Origin: Macrostomum lignano
Lineage: Eukaryota
Direction: 5' to 3'
Assembly: GCA_002269645.1 (NCBI GenBank)
Contig: NIVC01000461.1
Span: 124,001-188,000, forward strand
Length of the DNA: 64,000 nucleotides
Below the pieces are notes generated by a model that worked only from the letters and a program-made list of their open reading frames with translations, was not told the origin of the DNA and ran no database searches. The position numbers were made by a program, and so were the translations under genes. Shown here one piece after another: positions 1 to 14,300 of this stretch. The stretch's first letter is position 1; the number at the start of each line of letters is the position of its first letter.

Positions 1-272
1 TGACAGTTGCTCGCAGTTCAGTCGCATTGATCTGCGGATCGAACAGGTCTCCTCGAGGCGGCGACCTAGCGCCCAGCATTCGAATGTAGAACTCAGAGGA
101 AGGCAGCTGCGGCAGCTCAGCTGGCTGAGTGGTGTTCTCCGTGTTTTTCCTGCTGAAGCCTTGGTGCATTGTGGGACATTCATTATCGCTAACCGATTCC
201 AGTGACTTTTTCGCCTGTGCGCTCAAGTAATCAAAATATAGGTAGCTTCGCAGATATTGTACAGAACGTTGC
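1..272 (-). CDS. Possible partial coding exon running off the window edge
   Basis: Minus-strand open frame after a cctgttag acceptor (QRSVQYLRSYLYFDYLSAQAKK...DPQINATELRATV) continuing to base 1. No recognisable domain. Confidence 0.25.
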
Positions 273-1721
273 TAACAGGAAATACCCTAAAATCCACTGA
301 GCTGCAGTGCGTCTATTCAGCAACCGAGGCATTTTGATGATGAGCTCCACTTTGCAGAAAAATGTTTACGGTAACATGGCTTCGGTATGCAAGTGTTCAC
401 TGTAGCTCATAGCTCGTATGCACGAACCTGTTTCTTGTAGTCTTTCGCTTGCTTGCATGCCTTTCGTTTACGTCTGCAGTTCATGAAACTGCTGCAAATC
501 AATGTTATCTCTGTACCTTGCGACCAATCAAAATTGAGCTTTAGATAAAAACGATGAAGTGCCATAAAAGTCTAAGCCTTTTAAAAGTCAATTACCGATG
601 CGACCCCCCGTGACTCATGGACGGCCCCTGATTATCTCTTAGCTCCGTCGGAAACTGCGTACATTGTGCCAACTGTATGCTAATATAGTACATTTCGCAC
701 TTGGCGCAATCACCTCCTAGCAAGGCAACGTGGTGACTCCAGCGACATCAGGACGACCACCAAGGACAGTCAAGGTATCGCGAGTCAGACTTGGAGTCAC
801 ACTGTGCAAGGTCACACGAAACAAAGTTGCAATCGATAACGATAAGAATATCAAGAGCCCTGATAAAAACGCAAGTCAGTGTAACTCATGCGGCCCAGAT
901 CGGGAGGCTAATGATAAGGAACTACTGAAGGAGTTGGTGGCAACAGAAGCCCAGGCACCTAGCCGCAGGCTGCACTAAGCAAAATCAGTCATTTCTACTG
1001 TCAAATTTTTGCCGCCCATTTCTTCTGGCAAATGTAAATTGCCAATGGCAATAATTGGCAATAATGTACATTAGCCAGTCCACTGAAAAGTAGATGGCAG
1101 CTTTAGGCTGGAATTCCGAGAAAGGCAATAAAAATTGGGGCGGGGCGGGGGAGGGAGTAGTGTGGAAAGGCGCGGTTGGAGGGTTCAAGCTGGGGGTTAA
1201 GAGCCAATAAATGAGCCTTGGCTTTGAAAATAAATCAAAATGCTTCTGTTTAACTTACTACTGAACTGGAAGTAGTTTACACGCAAATGTGCTGAGTGGC
1301 CCGTCTTGTTATTCTAGTATCTGTTGTCAGTGCCAGCAGGTGCAGCTCGTCGGTCATGTAACAAGTACTATAATAGTCTAGCATTTAATAAAGGGAGAGT
1401 AACAGGATAGAAAGAATATAGAGCAGCACCTGCGGACACACGTATTACAGATAGGGCTCTGTGCAACAGCTTTTGATTCGGCAGATTTCGTATTATTCCA
1501 GCCGTCACACAGGACATTGTGCGTCACTGCATGTCAACAATAACTGGGCGCGAGAGCAACAAATGCCTAAGCTGCTTAAGATCAGCGTATATTGTACTGA
1601 CAAGAAATAAAACAACAACAAAAACAAAAAACAAACATATAAACAAGAATTACAAAACAACAAGACAAAACAATATGAATTATTTACTCAAGGACTACAC
1701 AAGTAGTAGGACGGGAAACCT

Positions 1722-1950
1722 CGTTTCTTGGAAAATTTCAAGAAGCAGGTTTTTCCGGAAAAAACGAAGACCGTCTACGGAGATCGTAAGTTTTTATTTT
1801 TGGCACAAAAATTGTTATTGCTTTTGATACGAAGCGACGACGTAAGAGGCAGACCCAATGTTCATATTTTGATATGTTTTGTCTTTCTTAAGGATTCTAT
1901 GTTAATTTCTTATTCTACGTACATTGCCAGGGGCGAGAACCCTGTCGAAA
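1722..1950. mobile_element. Diverged fragment related to one arm of the MITE at 12891-13504
   Basis: cgtttcttggaaaatttcaagaagcaggtttttccgg...gcacaaaaattgttattgcttt resembles catttcttagaaaattttagaaggaaggttttaccg...gcacaaaaattgttattgcttt at about 12892-12980. Confidence 0.5.
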
Positions 1951-2523
1951 GGTTAGCAACTAAAAGTACGACTTGATTGTCGCTGTGACCAGGAGAGCTG
2001 TGACAGTACTGAGCATATTTCGCGATGTCTTCTTCGCGACTACTGTCGTATGCTTCGATCATTTGTGTACGAGCACACTTCTGGCAACAATTTATGGTAA
2101 GGGTCTTGAACGGGTTCAGCGTGAACCGTAACATTGCCATTTATGCGCCCCGGGCGAGCGGGAAATTACATGGCCAGAATGGAAAGTTTCTTAAATTGAA
2201 GTCAATAAATTATTTTTTTATAATTAGAGGCAATGGGCTGTGCACCCTGGCGCACTTTGAGCGACATTGCCCGAAATATTTGTTCATGGCAATGACCTCC
2301 GGACAATGACCGGCCATTTTCTGGAGGTAAAAAAACAAGACTGGACAACAATACCATAGGCGAAAAAAGTAACACGAAGCGTGAAATTCTTATATTTATT
2401 GAAGTCCAACAAAAAATGTTCCAACAATAACACTGCTTAGTCAATTGAGTGCAAGTCTAACCTATGGTCATGTTCTCATCACGACAGCAGGAGAAAGTCC
2501 AGAAAATACGACGGTTGAGTCCA

Positions 2524-3981
2524 TTACTCAAATTTGCAACCATTGAATGAACAGTTGTAAAAAACTGTACCTGACCGACGGATTGTCATGACTGATGCCG
2601 GTGATCTGCACGGAAGACGACACAGGTACTGGCACCGGTGAACTCTCACGCAATGGAGTCGCAACAGCTTGTGAAGAACCATTCAAATCAAGTGCCATAG
2701 AAACAGCCTCACTGGTAGACTGCAGCGAGCGATCACGGCGCTTGGACAGGTAACGGCGAGTTGTCCTCTCAGAAACCTGACCGGTTATCGACATGCTGTC
2801 AGCCAGGTTGTACCCAGCAGCCTCTAGATCAGCAATCCTGCTCACTCTACAACAGAAATAAAGTATTGCATAGAAAATATGCAACTGGTTTAAAGCAATA
2901 TGAAGAAAAAGGCTTACCGAATGCAATGATTCGTGTACATCTTGGACAAACCGGCCTTCTCGCTCAAGTTTCGCATGAAACGCAGGAAGTAGTTCTCCCC
3001 GCGATTCTGCTTTGTTGAGAACATAGGCTGTCCATTGGAATCCGTGTTGGATAGTGGACGCGGGAACAGATGGTTGTCCTTGGTTGTTGGAGGTAGCAGT
3101 TGTAGATATCTCCTCACTTTGGCCGTGTCGTAGATCCGAGCTTGTTTGTTGTCCGGCCTGGCCTTCGCCTTCACAGGATCGGCTGACTTATTCTTCGTTG
3201 GCAGAGCAGGAAGACAGTAGTACTCCTTGCCGTCAGAATCCGTGTGCAATTCAAGCGAGTCCCTTTGTCTCAGGAACTTCAGATGCTCCTGGCCACGCTC
3301 TCCAAAGGAGTAAAGAACATAGAACAGAAATTTAGCCTGCTCGATTTCAGCCGTAGTCCCTTCAAAGTAGCACCGCAACTTCTGCATGTCGCCTTCTTCA
3401 ATTGGTTCATACTGCCTGGTGCAGCCACCATCTCGATGGAAATCACGAACCTTGACACGCAGCATCTCGTTGCAGGAATTGAATTCCTCACCACCGATTA
3501 TATCGACAGGCAGCTTCAGAACCATGCGTAGGAAACGCTGAATTCCAGCCCGGATACAGATGAGAGAGGCCGGCGAGTAGAACGAGCCATCCTGTTTCTT
3601 CAGCTTGAAGTAGAAGTACCGAAGATATTGGTTCAATGTAGGATTGTTGACATGCTGAATGTTGCGCAGATTCTCCCCTTCCAGGAAGTCTCGAAAACGT
3701 TGGCCATGCTGGTACATCTGCTTCCGAGTATCCTCAGGCAGACTCTCGATCTCGATTCTGTCCATCTCGGAAACGTCTATCTTTTCATCTCCATCGATCA
3801 TTGGCAGCCCAGTATCAGCTGGACCATTTTGGACATACTTCAGGAACGCATCGAAATCTTCGTCGTGCCGATCAACGGCAGAGGATTCCGAGAGGAAGTT
3901 CAGTTCATCCTGCGTGATGTTGCCGAGGTCCTCACACGGGAGGTTACCCCAATTAATATAATGTATTATCGGGTCGCTCAT
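2524..3981 (-). mobile_element. Crypton-type tyrosine recombinase gene (DUF3504-like), two exons: 3981-2918 and 2846-~2528
   Basis: The 355-aa ORF has YSPASLICIRAGIQRFL, FGERGQE (first catalytic Arg) and NHCIR (HxxR). It ends at ATTCG|gtaagc; a 71-nt intron (2917-2847, ends ttgtag) rejoins in frame to VSRIADLEAAGY...ITGQVSERTTRRY (catalytic Tyr). Element ends were not identified. Confidence 0.8.
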
Positions 3982-4222
3982 GATGGACAGAAAACTCTTG
4001 AATCAACAGGTTTGGACAGACTACTTACTGCCTGGGAATCCCTCACACAAACCCCTTCACCCCCACTGAAAGTTTTGCCATAGACATTTCAACCCTCCAT
4101 TCAATCAATAGGATTGTCATTGCCATGAACTCTCCACGCCTTTTGGCTTTCGTGCCATAGACGTTTGTGCCTCCTCCTTCTGGGCCACTTCGATTCGTGC
4201 CATAGATATTTCCTGCAATGAA

Positions 4223-4324
4223 GTTAACTGGAAGAGAGAACTCCAGGCAACGGCCAAAGCCACGAGCGGCGCTAGCCGCGAGTGGAAATTTGGCCGTTGC
4301 CTGGAGTTCTCTCTTCCAGTTAAC
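4223..4324. repeat. Perfect 36-bp inverted repeat (hairpin) with a partly self-complementary 30-nt spacer
   Basis: gttaactggaagagagaactccaggcaacggccaaa (4223-4258) is the exact reverse complement of 4289-4324. Confidence 0.95.
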
Positions 4325-5109
4325 CCCCCATTGTCAAGAAATGAAGTACACAAAGCCTATGTTGCATTTTTCTCGCCTTGAATGCACTTTATTTCAGTAG
4401 ACACACGTGCTATAGGATACAATAATACTCTGTGGAACTAACGTTATCACGTGCGTATATGTACATGCATCAGATATTGGCCCATCACTTTTATACACAG
4501 GTTAGGTGCACGCGTTGGGGCGGCCTGAGCTGCAAAAACTGCTCGCAAAAGAAAGACTGATTGAAAATGAGAGAGTTGTAAATCGAATGATATACTGCTA
4601 AAATTGATTATTATAAGTACAGTCACAGATGCAGTCACAGAGGCTCGCATACAACTGCAGATCCCAATGCTGTACATGCAAATGCGCTGCAATCTTATTC
4701 TTGCCTATACATATAGGAGCGCATGAGGGAATTGCTGCACTTTTATTGGGATTGAAGAGAAAATCGCCCGACTCCCGGACATGCTGCTTTGGCAGGTTTG
4801 GGATCAACTATTGGAGAAGGTGCAGGGATCAGCTGTACATGCATGCATAACAATTGCCTCCCATGGGTCTGCAGAGAATGTATGGGCACTGCAGTATGCG
4901 GTGGTAGCGTTTCGCTTTAGCTTGCGTGCGAGTCAAAAAACCCGAAAATCCAGGGCAAGCCTCATAAAACAGTTCCTCAGCTGTTCTTCCTGTCCGAGAG
5001 CAACCCCTCGCCCTTTTAATTCCTAATCGCTCCGCTTGAGAGCGAAATATGCGTACAATGCGCATACAGAGGGGGGTTACACTTCGAGGTCGGCTTGCTG
5101 CTTCCAGCG

Positions 5110-5172
5110 CTTAGCCAATGACGGAACAGTGGTTGTTCTCATTTCTGCTTCTTGTTGGGCGCCTATAAATCC
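5110..5172 (+). promoter_or_regulatory. Putative core promoter of the KSR-like gene (CCAAT box and TATA box)
   Basis: agccaatg at about 5112 and cctataaat at about 5163, some 230 bp upstream of the ATG at 5397. Confidence 0.4.
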
Positions 5173-5396
5173 AATGCACCGGGAAGGGCAGATATATATG
5201 TAAGACAGAAAGTTGGGGCGAAGCCGAGACGACTGCAGCAGAAGACAAGTTCTCTTCCCCGAGCCAATGTCTATTGGCAGACCGCTGCGCTCAGCGCATC
5301 CGTCGCTTAACTAAGTTTAGTAATCGGAATTATTAAGTTTTAGTTCACTATTGTGCAGTTTTGGCCTGCACTGCCTCTAACAGAAGAAACTGCAGC

Positions 5397-8300
5397 ATGA
5401 TTTCTCAGCAAGCCGGCGGCTTCACTCAGCGCAACAGGCACTGCTGCGCTGGCATGGACGACAACATCTTCAGGGACAAGTGAGTGAAAATGCGAGCCTG
5501 CCTATCGACTTGGCTGCTGAGTTTCGGGCAACTCCTATATCGGATGAAGAAGGAGAGGACTGCTTAATCTAGACAATGCATAGATGAAGGAATAGAATGG
5601 ATTGCTAATCTATTCAATGCATAGATGAAGGAATAGAATGGATTGCTAATCTATCCAATGCATAGATGAAGGAATAGAATGGATTGCTAATCTATCAAAT
5701 GCATGGATGAAGGAATAGAATGGATTGCTAATCTATCCAATGCATAGATGAAGGAATAGAATGGATTGCTAATCTATTGAATGCATAGATGAAGGAATAG
5801 AATGGATTGCTAATCTATCCAATGCATAGATGAAGGAATAGAATGGATTGCTAATCTATTCAATGCATAGATGAAGGAATAGAATGGATTGCTAATCTAT
5901 TCAATGCATAGATGAAGGAATATAATGGATTGCTAATCTATTCAATGCATAGATGAAGGAAAAGAATGGATTGCTAATCTATTCAATGCATAGATGAAGG
6001 AATAGAATGGATTGCTAATCTATTCAATGCACAGATGAAGGAATATAATGGATTGCTGATCTATCCAATGCATAGATGAAGGAACATAATGGATTGCTGA
6101 TCTATTCAATGCATAGATGAAGGAATATAATGGATTGCTGATCTATTCAATGCATAGATGAAGGAATATAATGGATTGCTGATCTATTCAATGCATAGAT
6201 GAAGGAATATAATGGATTGCTGATCCATTCAATGCATAGATGAAGGAATATAATGGATTGCTGATCTATTCAATGCATAGATGAAGGAATATAATGGATT
6301 GCTGATCTATTCAATGCATAGATGAAGGAATAGACTGGATTGCTAATCTATTCAATGCATAGATGAAGGAATAGAATGGATTGCTGATCTATCCAATGCA
6401 TAGATGAAGGAATATAATGGATTGCTAATCTATTCAATGCATAGATGAAGGAATAGAATGGATTGCTAATCTATTCAATGCATAGATGAAGGAATATAAT
6501 GGATTGCTAATCTATTGAATGCATAGATGAAGGAATATAATGCATTGCTAATCTATCCAATGCATAGATGAAATAATAGAATGGATTGCTAATCTATCCA
6601 ATGCATAGATGAAGGAATATAATGGATTGCTAATCTATCCAATGCATAGATGAAGGAAGATAATAGATTTCTAATCTATTCAATGCATAGATGAAGGAAT
6701 AGAATGGATTGCTAATCTATTCAATGCATAGATGAAGGAATATAATGGATTGCTAATCTATTGAATGCATAGATGAAGGAATAGAATGGATTGCTAATCT
6801 ATTGAATGCATAGATGAAGGAATATAATAGATTGCTAATCGAGTCAACATGAAAAAAAAATAAAATAGATAGCTAACCTTGAAAGGCATAGAAATAAATC
6901 ACTCAAATTTTGTCGCTCTAAAACCTCCTGTTTCTTTGCTTTGAGTTTCACAATTGTCATAAATCTTACAGTAGTCAATATCAGTAGACGGTTACTGCCA
7001 GGCTCAGATTTAGGGTTGGATTTTTGTGCAGTTTAATTCGCCTCCAATGTGGTTCTTCGCACAGGCTTTTCTTATCTGCTACTGGGGGACGACTTTGTCT
7101 GGCTGCGAGACAAATTGTTGCAAGTTTCTTCTTTCTCAGGAAAACTGAGAAACTGAACAATTGCAGAGAAATTGGAATGGGATGAAATATGACTATTGGC
7201 AGAGTTCAAAAAAAGGTTTCTCAGGCTATTGATGCCCCCAAGAGCGCTGACAGTGTACATGCCTTCCGATTAGAGGGTCCGCTGTCGCCTTGAAAACGCT
7301 CCACTCTCACCTCACCAGCCTACACTAGCAGCCTGGTGCCGCAACTTGCATCACCCACACAGTTGAGACCAGAACCGCGGTGTAACTTGCGTCACTTGTG
7401 GCTGAGCTCTGAGTGAGACCAGAACCGCGGTGTAAATTGCGTCACTTGTGGCTGAGCTCTGAGTGAGACCAGAACCGCGGTGTAAATTGCGTCACTTGTG
7501 GCTGAGCTCTGAGTGAGACCAGAACCGCGGTGTAAATTGCGTCACTTGTGGCTGAGCTCTGAGTGAGACCAGAACCGCGTTGTAAATTGCGTCACTTGTG
7601 GCTGAGCTCTGAGTGAGACCAGAACCGCGGTGTAAATTGCGTCACTTGTGGCTGAGCTCTGAGTGAGACCAGAACCGCGGTGTAAATTGCGTCACTTGTG
7701 GCTGAGCTCTGAGTGAGACCAGAACCGCGTTGTAAATTGCGTCACTTGTGGCTGAGCTCTGAGTGAGACCAGAACCGCGGTGTAAATTGCGTCACTTGTG
7801 GCTGAGCTCTGAGTGAGACCAGAACCGCGGTGTAAATTGCGTCACTTGTGGCTGAGCTCTGAGTGAGACCAGAACCGCGGTGTAAATTGCGTCACTTGTG
7901 GCTGAGCTCTGAGTGAGACCAGAACCGCGGTGTAAATGGCGTCACTTGTGGCTGAGCTCTGAGTGAGACCAGAACCGCGGTGTAAATTGCATCACTTGTG
8001 GCTGAGCTCTGAGTGAGACCAGAACCGCGGTGTAAATGGCGTCACTTGTGGCTGAGCTCTGAGTGAGACCAGAACCGCGGTGTAAATTGCGTCACTTGTG
8101 GCTGAGCTCTGAGTGAGACCAGAACCGCGGTGTAAATTGCGTCACTTGTGGCTGAGCTCTGAGTGAGACCAGAACCGCGGTGTAAATTGCGTCACTTGTG
8201 GCTGAGCTCTGACTAAAGCTGACCACTGGCTTCGGGGGTAAAAGCGTGTTGCTGATTTCCCTATAAACAGTCGCTAATATTTTCCATACAGCGCGTCCGA

Positions 8301-11300
8301 AACCTCGGCTGGCAGCCTGCGGAGCCGCCTGCCGCTGGACTCCACCGGCACGTCAGTCAGCCGGCCTTCGTCCTCGTCGTACCAGTCGGAGCGATCGGCG
8401 GAGAGCCCCGTGCGACGGCCGCCGCCCCTTGGCGGGCAGCGCAAGCAGCTGACGGCTCTGGCGCTGGCACCACAGCCGCAGCGGCAGCAGCAGCCTCAGC
8501 AACAGCAGCAGCATAGAGTGGCAGAGTTTCAGTTCGGTATGTTTTGGAACCATTTATGACTATATGGGTGCTCAGCTCGGGTCTTTAATTTCATTTTTAT
8601 GCTCAAAACGTGTCAAGAAGTTCATATAAAAATATCGAAATCTTATTCTAAATCGATCGCATCGAAACCGCCCACCCACAGATGAGTCCGAGTACGACAT
8701 CGTGCATAGCAACGCGGTGGAGACCACCGAGATGACGCCCTTTTATCCGCAGCCCCGACTGCGTCTCTCCCGACGCAGTGCCGGCGGCGGCGGCGGCAGC
8801 AGCGGCGTCTGCGCTGACTGCGGAGACGACTGCGAGTGCGACAGCTGCTCGCTGATCTCCTCCACTGGAGCTGCCAGCTGCCGGTCGCGAAAGAGCCGCA
8901 AATCCTCCATCGCGTCAACTTCGAGAGCTCGGCGCGAGATGCGCAAGTCAGCGGCCACAGCGGCAGTGGCCGGATCAGAGGCTGCTCATTCAGGGGTCGT
9001 CGGCGTGACGGTCGCTTCGGCAGCGACGGCCTCTTCTGACGTTGCTTCACCACCAGCTGCGAACCTCTTCTCCAACATCCGCGGCCTCTTCACCAAGTGG
9101 CTCCGCGAGACCAAAGCCTCCTCTGCCGCGGCTGCAACGACAGCCAGTTCCGCTGAAGGTCACAACGGTGTCGCAAACGGCGCCTGCGGCGGGGCCGGTA
9201 GGGGCGGAAAGGCGCAGTACTTGAACATCGCCTGCCCGCAGTTCCCGCAGGAGTGCAGCAACTCGGACCTGCAGCACGCGCACAATGTCATGAACATGAG
9301 CAGCAGCTTTGACAGCGACTATCTGCTGCACTGCTACACCAGCCCGTCGGCCTGCTCGTCCGCCGCCTCCGATCTGCCATCGACGCCGTGCCGCACCGAG
9401 GACGGCGACGCTGCCGGGGCCTTCACCATCGGCGGCGGAAGCGGCTGCGCCAGTGGAAGCAGCAACGGCTTCGGCGCCTTCGACAGCGGCCGCGACGGTG
9501 GAGCCTCCTCGTCCATTGTTGGCGGATTCGTCGACTGGGGCGTCCAGTTCGACTACGACCTGCTGCAGCGGAGGAACCCGCGTCAGGCCGCCCGCCGGAT
9601 GCTTGACGCCGCGACCACCGCGCGCAGCTGGAGTCTTCAGTCGCAGGCAGGCAGCGGCGGCGGGCAGGAGCGAAAGGGCCAGCTGCTGCTCTGCTCCACC
9701 TGGCCGCCAAGCGGTTGGCGATTGGCTGCGCTTAGCAGTGGTGAGAGTCGCCATTGGATGCCATTTTTGCACCCCTGGGCTGCAGGCAACTGGTTGTCCG
9801 ACTGACTGATGGAACGGACTGCTCTGAATTTTTTTGCCTTCCGGGGCTTCAGCCTTCACCGCTTTTTGCCTAATTTTTAAACGGTGCTGCTTAGAGACAG
9901 GGATTTTGTGTTCCACTACAGCATTGGCATAGGCATCAAACGGAGTGTTTGAGGAGTCTTTTTAGTACCGTTGGAGCCTCGCAATCCGTGGTAAAGCCTA
10001 CGATTATAAAGACCCAGGGATCTGCAACACTGTGCTGCGATGGGGTCGCCAGAACCCTTTCTGGAAAACAGAAACCTTTTCCTCCGCCTAACCTCCCTCT
10101 CCGAGAGCAAGCAGGTACACACTGGAGTAGTTGTGTATTGTGCTTTTGCTTCTTCACGTAAGACCTGTTTACTTGTTTACTGGACCCTTTTGTTTCCGAG
10201 GATATCTTAATAGCAAAGTTACCAAGTTTTCCTTGTTTTAGGCTATAGACAGGAGGGGTTGTAGCCTACTGATTAGAGCATCGGACTCACGACTGAAAGG
10301 TCGGGGGTTCGATTCTCGACCCTCGTAACAATATGTGTCCTGGATCAAGACACTTAACTCTGCACTGCTTCAGTTCACCCAGCTGTAAAATGGGTGCCGG
10401 CATTAGCTGGGTTAATTGAGGGTGTGTGGCGACCCCCCAGTCCTTGGACTGAACAGCCGTACGCAGCCTTCAGATGCGCTGCGCAATAGCTGCGGCTGAG
10501 CTGTCGGTTGCATACCTGTCCATTAGGGCAGGTGTACTTAATAAATTATATTAATTATTATGCCATAGACAAAAAATTCAACCGTACCAGTGCATCAATC
10601 AGCTGACCTCGGTCATCGGTCATCGGCCCTTGTTCTCAATCGTCTTCAAAGCTAAAGATCTTTAAGGGGTTGTGAACTTTTAATTCTGAGCAGACTATTA
10701 TATTAAAGCAGAGCCAGGGACTAGTGCGATCCCCGATCCTGTCAATCTCAGGATGAAGTCTAGCGTGAGTGCCTGCAGCCAGGATTAGTCATGCAGCTCT
10801 CTACGAGTGCACTGCAGCTCAACTGTTGCCTGATCGGGAATCCCCCAAAACCACCCCCACAATTACAGAAGAGGAGGACTGCTCAACGGGCGGCGGCGCT
10901 GCCTGCTTCCAAGTTGTTGATAGCGTCGTTCAAAACAGCCGAGGAAGGTAAAGTATAATGCCGGGATCAACAGGAATCCAAGTGTCCCATTGTTCTTTAA
11001 CTGTGCGCCTACTATATTTAGCCGGTGTCCCGCTGTCAACAGAAAACAAATCAATTTACTCACAGCGACTACAGAGAAGGATAATAAAATTAGCTAAGCC
11101 TCTTTTCCCAGCGACTCACTCCGACTGAAGACGTCATAGCAATTATTGAGTCTCATATTTTGTTGAAAATGAATCAATCTTCTGGAGTTTGTAAGTGCAT
11201 GAGCTTTATTGTCTGTTGTCTCCGCGTCTCCCTTGTCCCGGACCGGCCCTTTCTGCTTTGGGGCAGGGGAATTGGGAATCGGTTTTTTGTCCAAGCCAGT

Positions 11301-14300
11301 TTTTTATCGATTGATTTCCTTCTCTCTCTCCCATGCCACTCACCCTTTTGGCTGGGCTGATTTGCACCTCCTACCGGCGCTGCCCTGGCGGCTCCCTGGA
11401 ACTCCCCTATCTGTGGAGCCAAATTATCGCGCTTTCAATCCCTGGATCGGACTCTTGCTGGCTTGCCTGGATCCCGCAGCAGCAGCAGTGACCGGCCTGG
11501 GAGGCCTAGGTGCGGGGGAGTGGAAAGAAACCGAACAAAACTTCTCGAATCATGTGACAGCGTGGGCGTTTTCTCTGCTCGACTTTTCAAAGTTTTAATG
11601 CTTTTTTATTTTCAAAAAGTACAAATCGCCTAAACCCGATTTCGATTCTCTTTCAGCTTCGAAATCAAGGAGTTCGAATTTAACATTCCCTATGACGGCA
11701 TCGTGTTTCAAGACTGCTTAGCCAAGGGCAGGAGGCGCAAAGTGTTCAGGTTGGAGTGGGCACTTGACTTTGACTTTTACGTGTACACTTCACATATCAG
11801 CTTAACGATGGGGGTTGTAGCCTAGTGGTTAGAGCGTCGGGGGTTCGATTCTTAACCTACTTGGAACAATTTGTGTAACCGCTTAACTCTGCACTATTTC
11901 AGCTCACCTAGCTGTAAAATGGGTGCCAGCATTAGCTGGGGTAATTGAGGGTGTGTGTGGTGACCCCCCCCCCCCAGTCATTGGACTGAACAGCCGTACG
12001 CAGCCTTCAGATGCGCCGCGCGATAGCTGCGGCTGAGCTGTCAGTTGCACATCTGGCCCATACAATATGAATTTTATTGTTTAAAAAACGTGGAGGAGGA
12101 ACAAAATAATAATCTAATTTATAGTCATTTTTAGACATTTTAAGGATTTTTGGTGAGGACATCTAGAAAAACTTATAAATTTTTTTTAGTTAAAATATTT
12201 TTAAAGAAATAAGTTTTTCTACTTAGCTAAGTCAAAGATTGGCGTGAGTTATCTCTAGCGACTCAGAAGTGTAAGCTCCAAATCTCGTATGCTCAAATCT
12301 CATGAGCTCAAAACTTCATATCTGTTTAGTTTCTTTCAGTTCAAGCAGTGACCGACATTTCAGCTGTCAACCCTGATCCTAACTGACAAATCCCGCAACT
12401 CCACGCATCCGCAGGGGTCAGTGGCACGGTGACGTCACGATTCACACCTACGAGAATCTTGACTGCAAGGAGCGCAGCAAGTTCTGGGAGGAGGTGGCCA
12501 AGCTCAGCCTCATCAGGCACGAGAACATCTTCCTGTTCATGGGCGCGTCGATGGACCCGCCGACGTCGCGTTTCGCCGTGGTCACCTGCCAGCGGAAGGG
12601 CCAGTCTCTCTACGACCGGGTGCACCTGCACCCCAGGGAGAAGCTGGGCTCAGCCAGTAAGCTGTCAATCATTCGTGACCTGGCGCAGGCGGCCGGCTAC
12701 CTGCACGCTAAAGGCATTTTAATCAGGCGTTTCAATTCGCACAACGTCTTTCTTGAGCCGCGAGCCAAACTGTCGCTGCAGGACTACTCTGTGATCGCAG
12801 AGGAAGAGGAGGACAGGTAAGAAGTCAATTAGATGGATACTCAATATGCGCTTGTATCAAGGACTAATCAAGTGGCAGAATGGTAAAACAACATTTCTTA
12901 GAAAATTTTAGAAGGAAGGTTTTACCGAAAAGAACATTATGGAGTTTTAATTTTTTCAGCACAAAAATTGTTATTGCTTTGAATAGGGGGCAGGCCCAGC
13001 TTCTTATGGCTCTACGGATGTTCATAAAGCTTTTCGTTTAGAAAATTAGTGCTTTGTGTTAATTTTATATCCTACTTTCATTCGTACAATGCATATTGTG
13101 CCTAAAAGAATCATAAAAATGGCACAGCTCGTCTCATTGACGTTATGAATCTTTTTATCATTCTTAGCTCAATGACTGAGTAACAAAATGTGAAACAGAA
13201 TGAATGATCAAATAGTTTAATAAACTCAAAGAGTCCAGTTGTGCCAGTTTTTTTATTATTTAGGCATGGGACATGTCGGAGGATATAAAATCAACATGGA
13301 ATCCTAATTTTCTAAACGAAAAGCTTTAATCGTGAAGATCAATATAGAGCTATAACAAAGGCAAGACATATCGAAAGATGAGCACTGTGTCTCTCTTTTA
13401 TCAAGAGCCATAGCAGTTTTTGTGCTAAAAAAATGAAAACCTATCTCCGTAATGTTTTTTCGGTAAAACCAGCAACCCGCCTACTAAAATTTTCTAAGAA
13501 ACGTAAATATCCTGATAAAATTTTGAGTCAACCTCGGGGAAAAACTTCATAATTTCGCCAGCAATTTATTCTGCAGTGCCCTATTTCTATTGTCATCTCC
13601 TGCAGAGAAGTTGCCACATTCAGAGTGAGTTGCCAAGGAACTTAAGCATAAGCCACGAAGTTAGCAAGAAACTCTTACTCTTGGGGGACCATGTGGTTTA
13701 ATGCTGTACGCAGCCACGCACTCATACACACGCTCACTCCGGGTGTACAGCGGCCCTGACTTTCTAATCGTCAGACATGCACACTCTGTGTGCTTTGGGG
13801 GCTGGCGTTCATGGCTGCAAATCGCACCACAACCTCTCTGGACCAATTTTCGTTCACAAGCCCGAAATGAATGGCCACGCGAGTGCGGAATCGAACCAGT
13901 GTCGTTGGAGTGTCGTTATTCAGATAATCCACTTGTCTCCTATGGCTCATGCTTGGATTTTTAGGTGCAGATAACTTAACGTGACTTGATGACTTGCAGA
14001 TAACTCGATAACTTGTATTGGATAACTAATCAAGCCTGAGTCACAGAAAAAAACGCCTGTAAATCTCGTCCATCATCATATTTTCTGCTTGCAAGCATCC
14101 AATGTCCCGTTTACTTGAGATTTTCGAACTAATCGTGACGAGCAAATAACGCAACAAAAAACGGTGAATGAAATTCTCTGGCAATCGGGCTTTCCCGACC
14201 GAAGTGAATGAGTGACAGAATGGCTGGCATCGCTAGGTATATAATTCATGCAAGTTATTCAAGTTAGCTACAGTTTCAAACAAGTTACCTGCTGGCATGA

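Noticed and set aside
7366-8211. CRISPR-like regular array
   Set aside because: Units are contiguous and identical with no unique spacers, there are no cas genes, and the context is eukaryotic.
10255-10330. tRNA gene call for the SINE heads
   Set aside because: The acceptor stem does not pair, and each head continues into a shared non-tRNA body.
13701-13974. Possible extra kinase exon
   Set aside because: No kinase motifs; exon 12415-12816 already joins 16026 in frame.
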